Positions 35,157-38,047 of a stretch of 38,047 bases of DNA are shown here, piece after piece. Position numbers and translations under genes: made by a program. The notes below the pieces were generated by a model. It was not told where the DNA came from, ran no database searches, and saw only the letters and a list, made by a program, of their open reading frames with translations. Origin of the DNA: Octopus bimaculoides (taxonomy: Eukaryota); NCBI RefSeq assembly GCF_001194135.2, contig NC_069001.1, positions 28,008,526-28,046,572 of the forward strand. Direction: 5' to 3'. Each line of letters starts with the position of its first letter. The first letter of the stretch is position 1.

Positions 35157-35367
35157 AAGTGCAGCGTGGAAGGTGTTTATAAGCCATTTAAAAACAAAAA
35201 ATTCGTTTGATTCACTTCAACATTAAAATTTAATTTGCCAAAATATTTTCGTCGCTTTGAGACCACAACCTGTTCATTCACAAACTTCCGTGCTGCATCA
35301 TGGAACATCCATGTTACATATATATATATATATTGGGGTCGTCATTTTTTTTACCAAATAAACACAC

Positions 35368-35524
35368 TCGACCCCAGTGCGTAACTGGTACTTAATTTAT
35401 CGACCCCGAAAGGATGAAAGGCAAAGTCGACCTCAGCAGAATTTGAACTCAGAACGTAACGGTAGACGAAATACCACTAACCATTTCGTCCGGCGTGCTA
35501 ACGTTTCTGCCAGTTCACCGCCTT
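35368..35524 (-). mobile_element. SINE family A, tail missing
   Basis: Well-conserved head and core ending at CTGGGGTCGA. Confidence 0.85.
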
Positions 35525-35677
35525 TATTTATTCTTTTTTATAGCCGTATATATTTATAGCACATTCATAGGACAAGGCTTAGAAGACAGGTACTCACACA
35601 AAATTATCATTAGCCTTCAAAGTCTTTTAAAGTCAATGTACTACTCACACACACACCAGAACCAACACCACCATCAC

Positions 35678-35712
<35 letters not shown>

Positions 35713-36369
35713 GTATACATGCATAATTGACATTTTCATGTATGTACACATTCATGCAGATGTATATCTAAACACATAGAAAGACACAGAAACAAAATTA
35801 CACACACAGACACACACACACATACACATAGCACATTCACATACGTCCACTCGCTCTCATTTACATTCACATAGATAACTTAAGACCGAAAACAAAATCA
35901 AAACAATAAAATAAACCAAGAACAATCACAAAAAAATGAAATAAGTAAAGCAGTCATCTCATCATTGGAAATCTCATACAAATTGGCTTCTGATCAACTG
36001 TCCAATTATAAATATGTAGTAAACAAATGAATCTGTTTTGTCTTTAGTTATTGTAGCTAAATTTGAAAATTGTAGCGAAAATTTATGTTATTGTTATTTA
36101 TATTAGCATTGCGATTGATATAGATACAGTTCTTACAGATTTGATTATTTCGGAGTTACTCTATATCTTGTTATGTTGTGTTTGATATTTTTTCTATTTT
36201 CTTCCAAAAGTAATTTATTATCAGATACATAAATGTATAGAAGAAAACGGATTATATGTCAATTTAGATATTATATTCCGTTATAGAATCGAGGAGAAGA
36301 AAATAACTTCATAATAGAAACCTATAAGCTGACATATGTATATACGATGATAAATAGAAACAAATATCT

Positions 36370-36585
36370 ATATATCTATCTATCTATCTATCTATATGTG
36401 TGTGCGCATGTACGTGCGTGTGTGTGTATCCTTATATATATATGCACCTATATTGATATGTAGACAGAAAATAAATAATTCACAATGGAGTAATAATAAT
36501 AATAATAATAATATCATTTTTATTATATATATATATATATATATATGTGTGTATATATATATGTGTGTATGTACATATGTATATA

Positions 36586-36648
<63 letters not shown>

Positions 36649-36765
36649 ACACAAACATACATATATGCATAGAAATATGTATAAATATATAGATACTCAG
36701 GTACATGTATACAAAAATGCATATAGAAATTTATCTATCTATCTATACTTATACATATACACACA
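36370..36765. repeat. Compound TATC/TG/AAT/TA microsatellite
   Basis: Directly visible. Confidence 0.9.
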
Positions 36766-37649
36766 TCCAAATGAAACAATAACTCGTACATAATAAGCCG
36801 GTCTTCACGAAGCATTTCCTTTGACATAAACATTCTCACATTCGCGTACACTCAAATAACGAAGTTGAATCGACTAGGCACATATGTTATGGTCCTTGTT
36901 TCACATTTTGTGAGTGTATATATACATAAAATCCGCCAGCGTGATTTTGTTTATGTGTAAATATGCCTTTATATACATGTGTGTGCGTGTGTCTTTGTGT
37001 TTGTGTCAGTTTTTGCACATGAGTGTCAGTATTGAGCGCTTATTTTTAATTCTTATATTTTTCTTTATGAAGTGTGAGCTTTTTATTTCACAAGAGATAT
37101 TGTCGAGATTATATTTGCGAAATCATGGATAATGAATATAATGAAATGTAAATATTTACTTGATAGAATAATATTCTATTTTATGAAATTGAACGGAATT
37201 CTGGGAGGAAATGAAATATAGTAAGCATTGATCTTTGACGAAAATAAAAGCGAATTCATAAACGCAATAAAATTAAGAAAAAAAAAAAAAGCTTAAATAT
37301 ATTTACGTTGAAAATCGGTAGCCAATGCTATTTCCTATATTCATGAGGGTGTACGAACGAAAATCCAAGATGTCCTGCATATTGTTCGATCGTTATACCA
37401 TAAAACGTTTTGCAAACAATCTCTAATTATTATTTTTTGTTACTGTTCCGTCTATGAGAAAGAGGCTTAATACTAAAGCGCTTTTGCTGGTTCTCTGCGA
37501 AACAGCTGGTTGTACAACTTACAGAGTATTCCCACACCAGATGTATGGTCAGAATAGCTGCAGCAAAGTTGTTTCCGTTAGGGCTACATGTACAGAGGGT
37601 TAATTATATCTAGGAATCTTTTTTGCGAAATTCTTTGAAAGAATCACTT

Positions 37650-37799
37650 GGGGCAGGTGTGGCTACGTGGTAAAAAGTTTCTCTTCTTATTAGATGGTTC
37701 TGCGTTCTGTCGTACTGCGGCGTGGACCGTTGGTCAAGCGTCTTCTACTCGACAAACCAAAGATTTATGAGAGAATTCGGTTGGCAGAAACTGAAAGAA
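37650..37799 (+). mobile_element. SINE family B head and left arm, decayed
   Basis: GGGGCAGGTGTGGCTACGTGGTAA...GTCTTCTAC...GCAGAAACTGAAAGAA. Confidence 0.65.
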
Positions 37800-37811
37800 C
37801 TCTGAATCTGA

Positions 37812-38047
37812 AAGGCGGCGAGCAGGCAGAAACGTTAACACGCCGGACGAAATGCACAGTGGTATTTCGTCCGGCGTTACGTTCTGAGTTCAAATTCCGC
37901 CGAGGTCGACTTAGCCTTTCATCCTTTCGGGGTCGATTAAATTAGTACCAGTTACGCACTGGGGTCGATATATTCGACTTAATCTGTTTGTCTGTCCTTG
38001 TTTGTCCCGTCTATGTTTAGCCCCTTGTGGGCAATAATGAAATAAGA
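37812..38047 (+). mobile_element. SINE family A with tail 1, running to the window edge
   Basis: Colinear with 25767-26003 and ends ...GAAATAAGA, the same as the unit junctions in the trimer. Confidence 0.85.

Noticed and set aside
28-36722. Dozens of YI/HT/CV-rich and poly-X ORFs in the track
   Set aside because: Translations of microsatellites and N gaps.

Overview
Eukaryotic, AT-rich, repeat-dense non-coding DNA from a gappy short-read assembly. The SINE repertoire points to an octopod cephalopod (Octopus); this is inferred from remembered family sequences, not a search. I find no intact protein-coding gene, no true tRNA/rRNA and no CRISPR, and almost all ORFs in the track are microsatellite or N-gap artefacts. 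Contents: (i) about 25 copies or fragments of tRNA-derived SINEs, which I label by head type A, B, C, D with separable tails; (ii) DNA-transposon fossils: two DD37D/maT halves, a Tc1, a Tigger/pogo 5' end, an intact 427-bp pogo-like MITE and a probable Chapaev3; (iii) two RTE LINE fossils; (iv) many TA/CA microsatellites. The most interesting signal is the architecture of the SINE system. A head-to-tail trimer sits inside a single target-site duplication (TSD). Heads C/D and tails X/Y occur in all four combinations. Two different tails end in hairpins with the same CUUGU loop. A 232-bp TSD-flanked retro-insert shares the family-A linker tail and may be the 3' end of the partner LINE.
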